A stretch of 64,000 nt of DNA from Rickettsia typhi (GCA_945862075.1 CAMAWV010000002.1:6872-70871); one strand, 5' to 3'. Shown: positions 1-10,057, counted from the stretch's first letter. Notes: generated from the sequence alone by a model not told the origin. A program made the numbers and translations.

Positions 1-768
1 ACCAGGTTTATTAACATGCCCTGAAATACAAAAAATTTTAGTGCCTGTATTTTTTTCTCGACCCAAAGAAGCAAACCAAACAGCTCCTCTTCTTAAAATA
101 GTTGGCACAACTGCGATAGACTCAACATTATTAATAACCGTTGGGCAACCATACAGCCCAATTAAAGCAGGAAAAGGTGGTTTTAACCTAGGTTGCCCTT
201 TATTTCCCTCTAAACTCTCTAATAACGCCGTTTCTTCCCCACAAATATAGGCTCCTGCTCCACGATGAATGTAAATATCAAGATCATAGCCAGAATTACA
301 AGCATTTTTGCCAATTAGTTTAGCATCATAAGCCTCGTTGATAGCTGTTTGTAAAATTTCGGCTTCACGAAAATATTCGCCCCTAATATAAATATAGCAA
401 GTTTTTGCATTAATAGCTCTTGAAGCAAGCAATGCTCCTTCAAGTAACTTATGCGGTTCGTATCGGAGAATATCGCGATCTTTACAAGTTCCTGGCTCAG
501 ATTCATCGGCATTAATAACTAAATAATGAGGTTTTCCAGTATGTTGATTCTCTTTTTTTGGAACAAAAGACCACTTCATGCCAGTAGGAAAGCCAGCTCC
601 ACCCCGACCTCTTAAGCCAGAAGATTTGATTTGTTCAATAATATAATCGGCACCATGATTAAGAAAATTTACAGTATTATGCCAATCGCCCCTTTTTTGA
701 GCGAAATTTAAGCTAAAAGACTGTTCACCAAATAAATTGGTAAATATTTTATTTTCGGAACTAAGCAT
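1..768 (-). CDS. nuoF: NADH-quinone oxidoreductase subunit F, N-terminal 256 codons (3' part lies beyond the window start)
   Basis: Absent from the ORF track because it runs off the edge. The minus-strand frame from ATG at 768 reads MLSSENKIF...[18 protein letters not shown]...[28 protein letters not shown]...[20 protein letters not shown]...[21 protein letters not shown]. These are the NADH/FMN-binding signatures of the 51-kDa complex I subunit, and the frame stays open to position 1. Confidence 0.9.
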   Translation of the reverse strand, partial: MLSSENKIFTNLFGEQSFSLNFAQKRGDWHNTVNFLNHGADYIIEQIKSSGLRGRGGAGFPTGMKWSFVPKKENQHTGKPHYLVINADESEPGTCKDRDILRYEPHKLLEGALLASRAINAKTCYIYIRGEYFREAEILQTAINEAYDAKLIGKNACNSGYDLDIYIHRGAGAYICGEETALLESLEGNKGQPRLKPPFPALIGLYGCPTVINNVESIAVVPTILRRGAVWFASLGREKNTGTKIFCISGHVNKPG

Positions 769-893
769 AAAAAAAACAAAATTGATGCAATAAAAAATAA
801 TCTAAAATAATTTTAAAAAAACAACTTGTAATTATCTTAATTGATGAATTATAATATTGCAAATCAATTTAACTTTTTATTTTCATATATTTT

Positions 894-2522
894 GTGCTAA
901 ATATATTTCAAATTCGGCAAGCCTTATTTTATAAAATACTGCTACTTTTTATACTACTTCTTGGTTTTTCTTGTTCTAAAAACAAGCTAGATCTTTTTGA
1001 TACAAAATCTGGTTTATCAATTTCTGATATTGAAAAATCAATGATAAAAGAAAAAAAAGACAACACAACCAAAGATCAAATTCAAAAACAAATACAATCT
1101 TCAATTCCAAAGCTAAATAAAACTATTATCACTCCTCCTCCCCCAATTATTGGTGGCGATATTATAATGTCTGTCTATATTAATTCTTCTAATCCTATAG
1201 TTGATGCTTTAGTTGATATTGGCAGAGCCGCTAATATTGATATTGATATCGATTCGGCAATCAATAATGCAGCCGGTGTTATTATTAATGCCAATAATCG
1301 TCCACTCAAAGAAATTATCGATCGCATTTGTGTTCAAGCTAATTTACGATATTCTTACAAAAATAAAGTTTTGTTTTTTGAGCCAGATAAATCTTTCTTA
1401 AAAAATTATCATTCCGATTTTTTACCAGATTCTCCCTTATGGGATGAGGTTAAAACCAACCTCGATAACATCTTAACCGCAGAAGCTCCAAAGAGCAACT
1501 TTACTACTCCTTCCGAATCTGAATCTTCCCTTTCTTCCTCTACTTCTTCTCAGGCTAGTGGCTCCATTGTTGCTAATAAAAATTCTGGTTTCTTCACTGT
1601 TTATGCCAATACTCGCCAACATTTAGCTATCGAAAAATATCTCAACGAGGTTAACAGACAAGCTTCAGCACAGGTTTTAATTGAAGCAAAAATAGTAGAA
1701 GTTTCTTTAAATGATCAATTTTCTGCTGGTATAGACTGGGGTCATAAATCTTGGGGCTCTATAAGTGGTGTAAGTGGCGGAATAGAAAATGCTAATGTAG
1801 CTTCTGCTTTTTCTCAAATAAACCCCAAAACAAGCACTGGTCTTTCTTATATACCAGGAAAAACTGTTAAAATATTTGGCTTAGGTCCCGATATTAATTT
1901 AGCAGTAAAAGCTCTTTCAACATTTGGAATTACTAAAGCGGTTTCTAGTCCTCGAATTAGTGCTATAAATAACCAAAAATCAACCCTCACTTTTGCCAAT
2001 AAATTAGTATATTTTAAAATCGAGCAAACCGCAGGTATTCCTGGTACAAATAGCACTCCAAGCACTGCTGGAGCTAAAAACTCTACAAAGCAAGAAGAAT
2101 CGGTAGGTGTCATACTTAATCTCACCCCTTCAATAAATCTTAAAAGCAACGAAGTTACTATTAGCATTGAACCAAAATTCACTACTAGCAACCAAAAAGT
2201 AGAAGATCCAGCAAATAAAGATAATTTTATTCCAGTTATTGTAACTCGCGAATTAAAAACTATCGCCAAAATACAAAGTGGCAATGTTTTGGTTCTTGGT
2301 GGCTTAATGGAAGATGCCTCTACAAATTCTCAAACTGGTGTACCATTTGTTAGTAAAATTCCAATTTTGGGGTGGTTTTTTAAATTTGTTAGCCGAACTT
2401 CCAGTATTAAAGAAACAGTTATTTTTATTAAAGCAACTATTGTTAATTCTAGCGGACAAGTTAATTCTGTTGATCGCGATTTACAAGAAAAATACGATAT
2501 TAACCGTAGAGAATATTTTTAG
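894..2522 (+). CDS. Secretin-family outer-membrane channel, lipoprotein type (GspD/PilQ/MshL-like)
   Basis: GTG start. Lipobox LLLGFSC (Cys27). The N-terminal segment (IVDALVDIGRAANIDIDID...RPLKEIIDRICVQANLRY) resembles a secretin N-domain. The C-terminal core VLVLGGLMEDASTNSQTGVPFVSKIPILGWFFKF...ETVIFIKATIV is the classic secretin signature. Confidence 0.75.
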   Translation: MLNIFQIRQALFYKILLLFILLLGFSCSKNKLDLFDTKSGLSISDIEKSMIKEKKDNTTKDQIQKQIQSSIPKLNKTIITPPPPIIGGDIIMSVYINSSNPIVDALVDIGRAANIDIDIDSAINNAAGVIINANNRPLKEIIDRICVQANLRYSYKNKVLFFEPDKSFLKNYHSDFLPDSPLWDEVKTNLDNILTAEAPKSNFTTPSESESSLSSSTSSQASGSIVANKNSGFFTVYANTRQHLAIEKYLNEVNRQASAQVLIEAKIVEVSLNDQFSAGIDWGHKSWGSISGVSGGIENANVASAFSQINPKTSTGLSYIPGKTVKIFGLGPDINLAVKALSTFGITKAVSSPRISAINNQKSTLTFANKLVYFKIEQTAGIPGTNSTPSTAGAKNSTKQEESVGVILNLTPSINLKSNEVTISIEPKFTTSNQKVEDPANKDNFIPVIVTRELKTIAKIQSGNVLVLGGLMEDASTNSQTGVPFVSKIPILGWFFKFVSRTSSIKETVIFIKATIVNSSGQVNSVDRDLQEKYDINRREYF

Positions 2523-2525
2523 TTT

Positions 2526-3290
2526 ATGTTACCAATTTTGAAATATATTTTAAGAAATGGATTACGAGATAAACTTTATCTAGGTTTATTTATCACAGTT
2601 GCTATCTGTTTAGCAATCGCTATATTTTTAGGCTCTACCATGTTAGTTGAGCAAACCCAAACTAGTGTTGCTTATTTTGCTGGTTCTTGTCGAACTATTT
2701 TATCTTGCGGTTTAATTTTATTTGTTTGCATCACTATAAATAGAGCTTTCGAACACAAAGAAATAGAATTTATTTTATCAAAAGCCATTTCTCGAGAACA
2801 ATTTATTTTAGGTTATCTGCTTGGTTTTTTTGTAGCTGGTATTATTATTCTACTACCACTAACTCTTATAGCAATGGTTATTTTTGGTATTTATAACATG
2901 GGTTTAGTTTGTTGGTTTCTTACAGTTTTAGCCGAAAATTTAATTGTAATTTGTTTTGCCTTACTTAGCTCGCTTATTTTAAAAAATGCTTTTTCTGCTA
3001 TTTTAGCTTCTTTAGGGTTTTATGCCATTTCTCGATTAATGGGTATGTTTGTTTTAGCAATAGAATTACCAGAAAAAATTACCATAAATTCTTATAATGC
3101 CTTAGCAATATCTTTAAAATTTTTATCGGTTTTGTTTCCGAGACTCGATTTATTTTCTCAAAGTTCATGGCTTGCTTATGCTAGCTCTATAAATTCTACC
3201 GAGTTATTGATTATTTTTTTTCAATCAATTATCTACCTGCCTCTGCTTATTTTTATGTCATTTCACGATTTTAAGAAAAAACAATTTTAG
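2526..3290 (+). CDS. Polytopic inner-membrane protein, possibly an ABC-2/NosY-like permease
   Basis: Starts 3 nt after the secretin stop. About six hydrophobic helices. The N-terminus ILRNGLRDKLYLGLF resembles ABC-2-type permeases. Family assignment is by eye only. Confidence 0.4.
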   Translation: MLPILKYILRNGLRDKLYLGLFITVAICLAIAIFLGSTMLVEQTQTSVAYFAGSCRTILSCGLILFVCITINRAFEHKEIEFILSKAISREQFILGYLLGFFVAGIIILLPLTLIAMVIFGIYNMGLVCWFLTVLAENLIVICFALLSSLILKNAFSAILASLGFYAISRLMGMFVLAIELPEKITINSYNALAISLKFLSVLFPRLDLFSQSSWLAYASSINSTELLIIFFQSIIYLPLLIFMSFHDFKKKQF

Positions 3291-3292
3291 CC

Positions 3293-4063
3293 ATGAAATG
3301 TAAAACTTTTTTTTATATTTATTCTCATAAAATATTTTTTTGGCTTTTTATTTTTTTCTTTAGTTTGCAGGTTTGGTTTTGGAAAAAAACCGAGTCTTAT
3401 CACCAAGCACAACAACCTATTCCAGAAGCACCTAGTAAATATGTAGTTTCGGCAAGTTCTTTTGGCGATAAAGAATTTTTATTTCGAGTTTTAGCAAGTC
3501 GCATTCAAAATGCTGGCGATATTTTTGCTGGTTTTATGGCTCTTAAACATTACTCTTATAAAAATCTTTATGAATGGCTAAAAACCCTCGATAATTTAAA
3601 TAATAAATCATTATTAATGCCATCTTTGGCTAGTTATTACTATTCACAAACTCAAAATAAACTAGATACAATTTACATTATAAATTATCTCGATGAATTT
3701 GCCAGTAAAGATATCGATAAATATTGGTGGTGGCTATTTCAAGCCACTTTTATTGCCAAACGCGATTTAAAAGATTATAATTTAAGCCTTAAAATTGCCA
3801 ATAAATTAGCTCAAAACCAAGCAAAACAAGCCCCTCTCTGGACCAAACAAATGCCAGCTTTCATTAGTGCCGAAATGGGCGATAATTGTTTAGCACTAAA
3901 AACTATCAGTAATATTTTGCAAGATTATCAACAAAAATCAGCTAAAAATATTCAAGATAATAATCCAGAAATCATCAAAGAAATTAACTTCATGAAGTTT
4001 TTCATTGAAAAACAAATTTACTTATTAAAGCAACAAAATTTTAATGCAAAAGAATGCAAATAA
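3293..4063 (+). CDS. Hypothetical N-terminally anchored helical protein
   Basis: Starts 2 nt after the preceding gene and overlaps the nadC start by 10 nt. One N-terminal TM segment (IFFWLFIFFFSLQVWFW), followed by helical-looking sequence (YYYSQTQNKLD, KYWWWLFQATFIAK). I recognise no family. Confidence 0.4.
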   Translation: MKCKTFFYIYSHKIFFWLFIFFFSLQVWFWKKTESYHQAQQPIPEAPSKYVVSASSFGDKEFLFRVLASRIQNAGDIFAGFMALKHYSYKNLYEWLKTLDNLNNKSLLMPSLASYYYSQTQNKLDTIYIINYLDEFASKDIDKYWWWLFQATFIAKRDLKDYNLSLKIANKLAQNQAKQAPLWTKQMPAFISAEMGDNCLALKTISNILQDYQQKSAKNIQDNNPEIIKEINFMKFFIEKQIYLLKQQNFNAKECK

Positions 4064-4914
4064 AGTCTCTTTCAGCAATTATTTCTCTTGCCTTGCAAGA
4101 AGATAACGCTTATAACGATGTTACTTCTGATTTTACTATAAACGAACAACAAGAAAATAATTTTTCTATAGTCGCACGTCAAGACATGATATTAAGTGGT
4201 ATCAATGTTTTAGAAGAAACTTTTTTACAATTAAAAAAAAATAAAAAATTTAACCAAAGCAAATATCAATTAACCATTAATTGTCAAGATGGTGATTTTG
4301 TTTGTACCAACCAAATAATTGCTAGCGGTAAAGCCTCTACCAAGCTTATTTTAGCAGGTGAAAGAACCATTTTAAACATTTTACAACATTTAAGTGGTAT
4401 TGCCACTAAAACTAATCAATTAGTTAAAAAATTAAATAATCCAAATATTGCAATATTTGATACTCGAAAAACCCTACCAGGACTACGCGAATTACAAAAA
4501 TATGCAGTTTGGTGCGGAGGCGGTAATAACCATAGATTTTGTTTAGCTAGTCAAATATTAATCAAAGATAATCATATCGCTTCTAACCAAAATATTTTGC
4601 ATACCATCAAAAAAGCACAATCTCAAAATACACAAAATTTACTTCTTGAAGTAGAGTGCGACAATATAAAACAAGTATCACAGGCATTATTAACTAACCC
4701 CAATATTATTATGCTCGATAATATGCCTATAAACGAAATTATTGAATGTTGCAAAATAATTAAAAATCATAATAAATCAATTATTATAGAGGTTTCTGGC
4801 TCAATAAACTTAAAAAACATTCATTTATATAGCCAACTCGATATAAACAGAATCTCTATCGGCTCACTTACTCATTCTGTAAATAGTATCGATATTGGTT
4901 TAGATTTTTTATAA
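4054..4914 (+). CDS. nadC: Nicotinate-nucleotide pyrophosphorylase (quinolinate phosphoribosyltransferase)
   Basis: Motifs ERTILNILQHLSGIAT, DTRKTLPGLRELQKYAVWCGGGNNHR, LIKDNHI, IMLDNM, EVSGSINL and ISIGSLTHS are typical of NadC. Confidence 0.9.
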   Translation: MQIKSLSAIISLALQEDNAYNDVTSDFTINEQQENNFSIVARQDMILSGINVLEETFLQLKKNKKFNQSKYQLTINCQDGDFVCTNQIIASGKASTKLILAGERTILNILQHLSGIATKTNQLVKKLNNPNIAIFDTRKTLPGLRELQKYAVWCGGGNNHRFCLASQILIKDNHIASNQNILHTIKKAQSQNTQNLLLEVECDNIKQVSQALLTNPNIIMLDNMPINEIIECCKIIKNHNKSIIIEVSGSINLKNIHLYSQLDINRISIGSLTHSVNSIDIGLDFL

Positions 4915-4931
4915 TTTTTCATCTTGTAAAA

Positions 4932-5894
4932 TTATAACCACTCTAAAATTTGGCAAGCAAGTTGTTTGTTAAAAAAATCATTTTCAGCAAGCCTATTTAT
5001 CACCAAATGTTTTACTCTAGGTATAAATTGCAAATATTGTTGTTTATTATCTCTTATCGCTAATCTAGCAAAAATACCTAATATTTTTAAGTTTCGTTGC
5101 AACGAAAGCACCTGATAATCGGCATTAAAACTATTTTTATCATAACCGCTTTGCTCTAAAAAATATTGATATAAAGTTATTTTATTTTGTTTATCAACAT
5201 CTCTTCGAGCATCTTCAAGTAACGAAACTAAATCGTAAGCAACAGAGCCAATTAAAGCATCTTGAAAATCAAGCAAACCAACTTCTTGTGAGTTGTTGTA
5301 ATTAAATAACATTAAATTATCAACATGATAATCTCGAAGCACTAAACATTGATTTTGCTTGTTTAGTTTATCAAATAGTTTTAATAATTCGTTTTTATAA
5401 AAAGCTTTTTGCAAAATACTAGCTTGCTTGTTTTGCCAAGGCAAATACCAATCAAGAAATAACCAAGCCTCTTTTAGTAAAACATAGTTATTATAGCTTA
5501 AAATTTGTGGTTTAGTGGTAATTTTTTGTAAGTTAATAAGCACCAAGCAAGCTTTTTGATAAAGAGAAAGCTCAAGAGAAGGGTTTTGCTGTAAAGCTTT
5601 GTTAAAACTAATATCACCAAAATCTTGCAACAATAAAAAACCATCTTGTGGTTGATAAGCAAAAACTTTTGGAGCAAAAAAATTATTTTCTTGTAAAAAA
5701 GTAGCAATTTTTATAAAAGGTTTAGGATCTTCATAGCCAACTGGTGCAAACATCAAAATATAAGATTTATCACCATTTAAAACCCGATAATATGAGCGAA
5801 AAGAAGCATCGCCAGCAACTTTACTGATTTTTGGTTGTAAAATATTTTGCGAAGCAAGAAAATTATAAATCTTTGTTAAATTTAATTCTATCAT
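4932..5894 (-). CDS. Aminoglycoside-phosphotransferase-fold kinase (AmgK-like sugar kinase family)
   Basis: Contains GDASFRSYYRV, the catalytic-loop-like LRDYHVDNLM, and LLDFQDA (DFG-like), a pattern typical of the APH/choline-kinase fold. Confidence 0.65.
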   Translation of the reverse strand: MIELNLTKIYNFLASQNILQPKISKVAGDASFRSYYRVLNGDKSYILMFAPVGYEDPKPFIKIATFLQENNFFAPKVFAYQPQDGFLLLQDFGDISFNKALQQNPSLELSLYQKACLVLINLQKITTKPQILSYNNYVLLKEAWLFLDWYLPWQNKQASILQKAFYKNELLKLFDKLNKQNQCLVLRDYHVDNLMLFNYNNSQEVGLLDFQDALIGSVAYDLVSLLEDARRDVDKQNKITLYQYFLEQSGYDKNSFNADYQVLSLQRNLKILGIFARLAIRDNKQQYLQFIPRVKHLVINRLAENDFFNKQLACQILEWL

Positions 5895-5900
5895 AAGTAA

Positions 5901-6977
5901 TTACACTAAAATTTTTTGCAAAACATTAAGTAAATATTGATTTTCTTGAGTATTGCCAATACTAATACGTAAGCAAGAATGTAAGTTATAAGAAGCCATA
6001 TCACGCACAATAATACCGTTTTCTAGTAGTTTTTCGTTTATTTCTTGAGCTTTTTGCTGGCTAAAAAAATCAACCAACACAAAATTTGCCACCGAAGGAT
6101 ACTGCACCACAGTTTTTAAATTAGTAAAAAATTGCTGAAATTTCTCTAGCCAATAACTATTATGATAAACCGATTCTTGTAAAAACTCAACATCTTGTAA
6201 CGAAGCAATTGCTGTTATTTGCCCAGCTCCATTTACATTAAAAGGCCCTCTTACTTTATGAAGCATTTCTGACACATATAAACTACTATAAGACCAACCA
6301 ATTCTTAAAGATGCTAAACCATAAATTTTTGAAAACGTTCTAGTAATGACTAAATTTTGATATTTTTCCACCAAATCAAAACCATGATAATAATTAGTAG
6401 CAGTTACAAACTCTTGGTAAGCATGATCAAGCACCACCAAAATATTACTTGGCACTTTACTTAAAAAACTTTCTAACTCTTGTTGTAAAACATAAGAACC
6501 AGTAGGGTTATTTGGGTTAGCAATAAAAATAATTTTTGTTTTACTAGAAATATTATTTAAAAAATTATCGAGATTAGTTTTTAAATTAGTTTCTAGCACT
6601 TTTCTTGGTTTTGCTCCAACTTTTTTTGCCGAAATTGGATACATCAAAAAACCATATTCACTATATAAAACTTCATCATCAATACTAGCAAAAGCAGTGG
6701 TTAATAAAGAAATAATCTCATCAGAACCTGCACCACAAACGATTTGCTTTTGGTTAATATTGTTTATTTCTGCCAAACAATTAGTTAAATCAAGACAACT
6801 ACCATCTGGGTAGCGAAAAAGTTTGTCGGCATGTTTTTTATAAACCTCAATAGCTTTTTTACTAGCACCTAAAGCATTTTCGTTTGAAGAAAGTTTAATT
6901 ACCTGCTGATGATTAGTTTTAGATTTTCCAGGAATATAACTAGGTATATCAAGTAAAAATTGATTAGCTTTTAACAT
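5901..6977 (-). CDS. hisC: Histidinol-phosphate aminotransferase
   Basis: LSSNENALG, YPDGSC, GAGSDEII, NPNNPTGS and TRTFSKIYGLASLRIGW (PLP-lysine motif) are present. Confidence 0.85.
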   Translation of the reverse strand: MLKANQFLLDIPSYIPGKSKTNHQQVIKLSSNENALGASKKAIEVYKKHADKLFRYPDGSCLDLTNCLAEINNINQKQIVCGAGSDEIISLLTTAFASIDDEVLYSEYGFLMYPISAKKVGAKPRKVLETNLKTNLDNFLNNISSKTKIIFIANPNNPTGSYVLQQELESFLSKVPSNILVVLDHAYQEFVTATNYYHGFDLVEKYQNLVITRTFSKIYGLASLRIGWSYSSLYVSEMLHKVRGPFNVNGAGQITAIASLQDVEFLQESVYHNSYWLEKFQQFFTNLKTVVQYPSVANFVLVDFFSQQKAQEINEKLLENGIIVRDMASYNLHSCLRISIGNTQENQYLLNVLQKILV

Positions 6978-6983
6978 ATTAGA

Positions 6984-8015
6984 TTATTTTTTATGAATAA
7001 TTTTTAACAATAACTCAACATTAGCAATTGGAGTTTGAGGTAAGATACCATGCCCTAAATTAAAAATAAATGGTTTATCAGTAAAATTTAGTAAAATTTC
7101 TTCTGTTTGCTTTATAATTTGTTGTTGAGTGCCAAATGCTAATAAAAAATTATCAAGATTACCTTGTAGCACTACTTTTTTTGTGGCAAATAAATAATTA
7201 GCATAATCAAGGCTAATTGATTGATCTATAGCTAAAACACTGCAATTTACTTGTTGTAAAAAATTTTTATAATTAACTCCAATATTTTTTGGAAAATAAA
7301 TAATTGGCACTTGTGGGTAATTTTTTATAAAATAATCAACTATTTTTTTAGCAGGATTTATTATAAAATCTTGCACTTGCTGGCAAGGTAAAATACCTGC
7401 CCAAGAATCAAAAATTTTAATAATATCGGCACCACTTTTAATTTTTTGTTCTAAAAATAAAATAATTGCTTCACTTAAAAAATTTAATAATTCTAAAAAT
7501 TCATCTTTATTTGCAGTGGCAATTTGTTTAACTTTATCAAAATTTTTTGCAGAACCACCTTGCAACATATAACAAGCCAAGGTAAAAGGAGCACCAGCAA
7601 AACCAATAAGAGAAGTTTGTTTGTTTAATTTACTTTTTGTTAAAGAAACCGCTTCAAAAACTGGCTTAAGTTTTTGTAAAAAATTATTATTTAATTTTAA
7701 TTTAGTTAAATCAGATAAATTAAAGTTAGCTAAAATTGGTCCATGATTTTTTATAAAATCAACTTTAATACCTAAAGCATCTGGAATTACTAAAATATCA
7801 GAAAAAATAATTGCCGAATCAAAACCAAATCTTTCAATTGGTTGTAGAGTTACTTTACTTGCTAAAACAGGATTATAACATAAATCTAAAAAATTTTCAA
7901 GTTTATTTCTAACTTCTAAATATTCTGGTAAATACCGACCAGCTTGGCGCATAATCCAAATAGGAGGATTAGAATAAACTTGATGATTATTTATAACATT
8001 AATTATTTTATTCAT
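6984..8015 (-). CDS. hemE: Uroporphyrinogen decarboxylase
   Basis: N-terminal PIWIMRQAGRYLPEY signature, then FGFDSAIIFSDILVIPDALG and FNLGHGI. Confidence 0.95.
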   Translation of the reverse strand: MNKIINVINNHQVYSNPPIWIMRQAGRYLPEYLEVRNKLENFLDLCYNPVLASKVTLQPIERFGFDSAIIFSDILVIPDALGIKVDFIKNHGPILANFNLSDLTKLKLNNNFLQKLKPVFEAVSLTKSKLNKQTSLIGFAGAPFTLACYMLQGGSAKNFDKVKQIATANKDEFLELLNFLSEAIILFLEQKIKSGADIIKIFDSWAGILPCQQVQDFIINPAKKIVDYFIKNYPQVPIIYFPKNIGVNYKNFLQQVNCSVLAIDQSISLDYANYLFATKKVVLQGNLDNFLLAFGTQQQIIKQTEEILLNFTDKPFIFNLGHGILPQTPIANVELLLKIIHKK

Positions 8016-8311
8016 TTAATTTTTATTAATATTAGTGCTGTTAAAATGTGAATAAAAAGTTATTAACAAATTATTAACATTTTTGTGCGAAAATTTTTAT
8101 CACCATTGTAAGTAGTAAAATTAAAACTTGCAAACAATAATTTATATGTTTAAAATAGCAGTTATTAACATTATTTTTTTAATCAAAAATTAGTTATTAA
8201 CATTTTTATTTTGTTAATAACTTGTTAATGCTTGCTAATAACTTGATAATATCAAAAAAAAATGTTAATAAGTGGTAATTTATTAACAAAAACTAACAAA
8301 TTATTCACAAA
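8016..8311. other. Candidate chromosomal replication origin (DnaA-box cluster)
   Basis: Nine exact TTATT[A/C]ACA 9-mers in both orientations, starting at 8047, 8060, 8071, 8162, 8194, 8212, 8263, 8280 and 8301. Two of them (8047 reverse, 8301) equal the TTATNCACA consensus. TTAA-N7-TTAA motifs lie at 8063-8077 and 8214-8228. The region sits beside hemE, where alphaproteobacterial origins are known to lie. Confidence 0.55.
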
Positions 8312-8560
8312 ATGAAAGAAAGAATTGTTAACAACTTAACAAAAAATTTTCAACCTAGTTTTTTGCAAGTTATTGATAACTCTTCTGCTCATAGTGGGCA
8401 TTTTGTTTCTACTAATAATTTAGGCACTCATTTTAAAGTTATAATTACTAGTGATTTTTTTACTCACTGCACAAAAATTCAGGCCCATCGACTTATTAAT
8501 AAAAGTTTAAAGCAAGAATTTTTAGATGGTTTACATGCTTTGGAAATTAAAATTGTTTAA
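8312..8560 (+). CDS. BolA-family protein
   Basis: 82 aa with ...VIDNSSAHSGH...FKVIITSDFF...KIQAHRLINKSL...LHALEIK, the BolA fold signature. Confidence 0.8.
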   Translation: MKERIVNNLTKNFQPSFLQVIDNSSAHSGHFVSTNNLGTHFKVIITSDFFTHCTKIQAHRLINKSLKQEFLDGLHALEIKIV

Positions 8561-8752
8561 TTTAAGGATTTTTTTATATAATCTTTCCTTGCAACAATAG
8601 TTTTAGTTAATTATTTAAAAATGCTAATTGCTTTAATTTTTTATTCACAATACTTTTACAAGAAAAAGTTGTAAAATATTTTGCATTTTGAGTTTTTTAT
8701 AAGTAATATTTAGATAGTTTATCTTAATTATTATAAATTAATAAATTTTGCT

Positions 8753-9274
8753 ATGAAATACAGTTATTCAGCTAGGGTTTTTCATTGGTTAATGGCTTTA
8801 GTTATTATTGTAGCTTTTGCTTTAGCTTTTTACATGACTTCTCTTAATAAAGAAAATGAAAATCGTTTATTTTTTTATTCTTTACATAAATCTTTTGGGG
8901 TTCTGGCTTTAATCTTGATTTTTGCTAGAATAATAAATCGCTTTTTATATAAATCGCCTCAATTACCAGTAGAAACTGCTAAATATATTGTTAAATTAGC
9001 TAAAATAACTCATTTTATGCTATATTTATTAATGTTTCTTACTCCGTTATCTGGTTATTTAATGTCTAACTATTATGGTTATCCTGTAAAACTTTTTGGC
9101 ATGGAGATACCTATTTTAGTTGAAACAAATTTTGATTTGGCTAAAAACTTCTCTGAACTACATGAAATTTTTGCTTTTAGTTTATTAGGTTTGATCGTTG
9201 TTCATTTGTTAGCAGTTATAAAACATCATTTTATTGGTGCTAACAAATTTCCTATTATTAAACGTATGTTATAA
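8753..9274 (+). CDS. Cytochrome b561 family protein
   Basis: Four TM helices with conserved His positions (RVFHWLMAL, LHKSFG, HFMLY, VVHLLAVIKHH), typical of the CybB family. Confidence 0.8.
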   Translation: MKYSYSARVFHWLMALVIIVAFALAFYMTSLNKENENRLFFYSLHKSFGVLALILIFARIINRFLYKSPQLPVETAKYIVKLAKITHFMLYLLMFLTPLSGYLMSNYYGYPVKLFGMEIPILVETNFDLAKNFSELHEIFAFSLLGLIVVHLLAVIKHHFIGANKFPIIKRML

Positions 9275-9277
9275 ACT

Positions 9278-10021
9278 ATGTTAAAACCTAGAATTATTCC
9301 ATGTCTTGATGTTAAAAACGGCAGAGTTGTAAAAGGTATTAACTTCGAAAATTTAGCTGATGCTGGTAATCCTGTTGTTCAAGCTCAATACTATTATCAA
9401 GAAAAAGCCGATGAGCTTTGTTTTCTCGATATTTCTGCTACTCAAGAAAATAGGCAAAATATGTTTGATATGGTTAAAAAAGTTGCTTCAACTTGTTTTA
9501 TTCCGTTTACTGTTGGCGGTGGTATCAAAGAAATAGCTGATTTCTTAACTTTAATGCGATGTGGAGCCGATAAAGTTTCAATTAATTCTTCGGCAATTAG
9601 TAATCCTGCTTTAATTACCGAGGCTGCTAATAAATTTGGTTCACAGTGTGTGGTGGTGGCTTTAGATGTTAAAAAAACCAATAATGGTTATGAGGTTTTT
9701 AGTCATGGTGGCACAAAACCAACTGGTTTAAATGCTATAAATTGGGCAATTAAAGTTCAGCAATTAGGAGCAGGTGAAATTTTGCTTACTTCAATGGATA
9801 AAGACGGCACAAAAACTGGCTATGATCTTAATTTAATAAAAGAAATTACCAGTAAAGTTAGTATTCCTGTAATTGCTTCGGGTGGAGTTGGTAGTTTAAA
9901 TGATTTAGCCGATGGTTTAAAAGCTGGTGCTTCTGCTGTTTTAGCTGCTTCTATTTTTCATTTTCGGCAATTTTCTATTACTGAAGCAAAAAATTTTTTA
10001 AAACAAGAGCAGTTGATTTAA
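9278..10021 (+). CDS. hisF: Imidazole glycerol phosphate synthase cyclase subunit
   Basis: [56 protein letters not shown] and ASGGVG are present. Confidence 0.95.
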   Translation: MLKPRIIPCLDVKNGRVVKGINFENLADAGNPVVQAQYYYQEKADELCFLDISATQENRQNMFDMVKKVASTCFIPFTVGGGIKEIADFLTLMRCGADKVSINSSAISNPALITEAANKFGSQCVVVALDVKKTNNGYEVFSHGGTKPTGLNAINWAIKVQQLGAGEILLTSMDKDGTKTGYDLNLIKEITSKVSIPVIASGGVGSLNDLADGLKAGASAVLAASIFHFRQFSITEAKNFLKQEQLI

Positions 10022-10028
10022 AAATTAG

Positions 10029-10057
10029 TTGTAATTAAAATATTTTTTGTTTAAAAT
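10029..10057 (+). promoter_or_regulatory. Possible sigma70-type promoter upstream of nuoA
   Basis: TTGTAA (10029-10034), a 17-nt spacer, then TAAAAT (10052-10057), 30 nt upstream of the nuoA ATG. AT-rich context makes chance matches likely. Confidence 0.25.

Noticed and set aside
41-512. Track ORFs 41-250 (+) and 315-512 (-)
   Set aside because: Both lie inside the nuoF coding region, in other frames or on the other strand. The nuoF frame carries unmistakable conserved motifs, so these are spurious.
8561-8752. An additional TTATTCACA box (8641-8649) and an AT-only hairpin between bolA and the cytochrome b561 gene, as a possible extension of the origin
   Set aside because: It is a single box with no clustering, so it is indistinguishable from chance or an ordinary promoter or terminator region. 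I restricted the origin call to 8016-8311.
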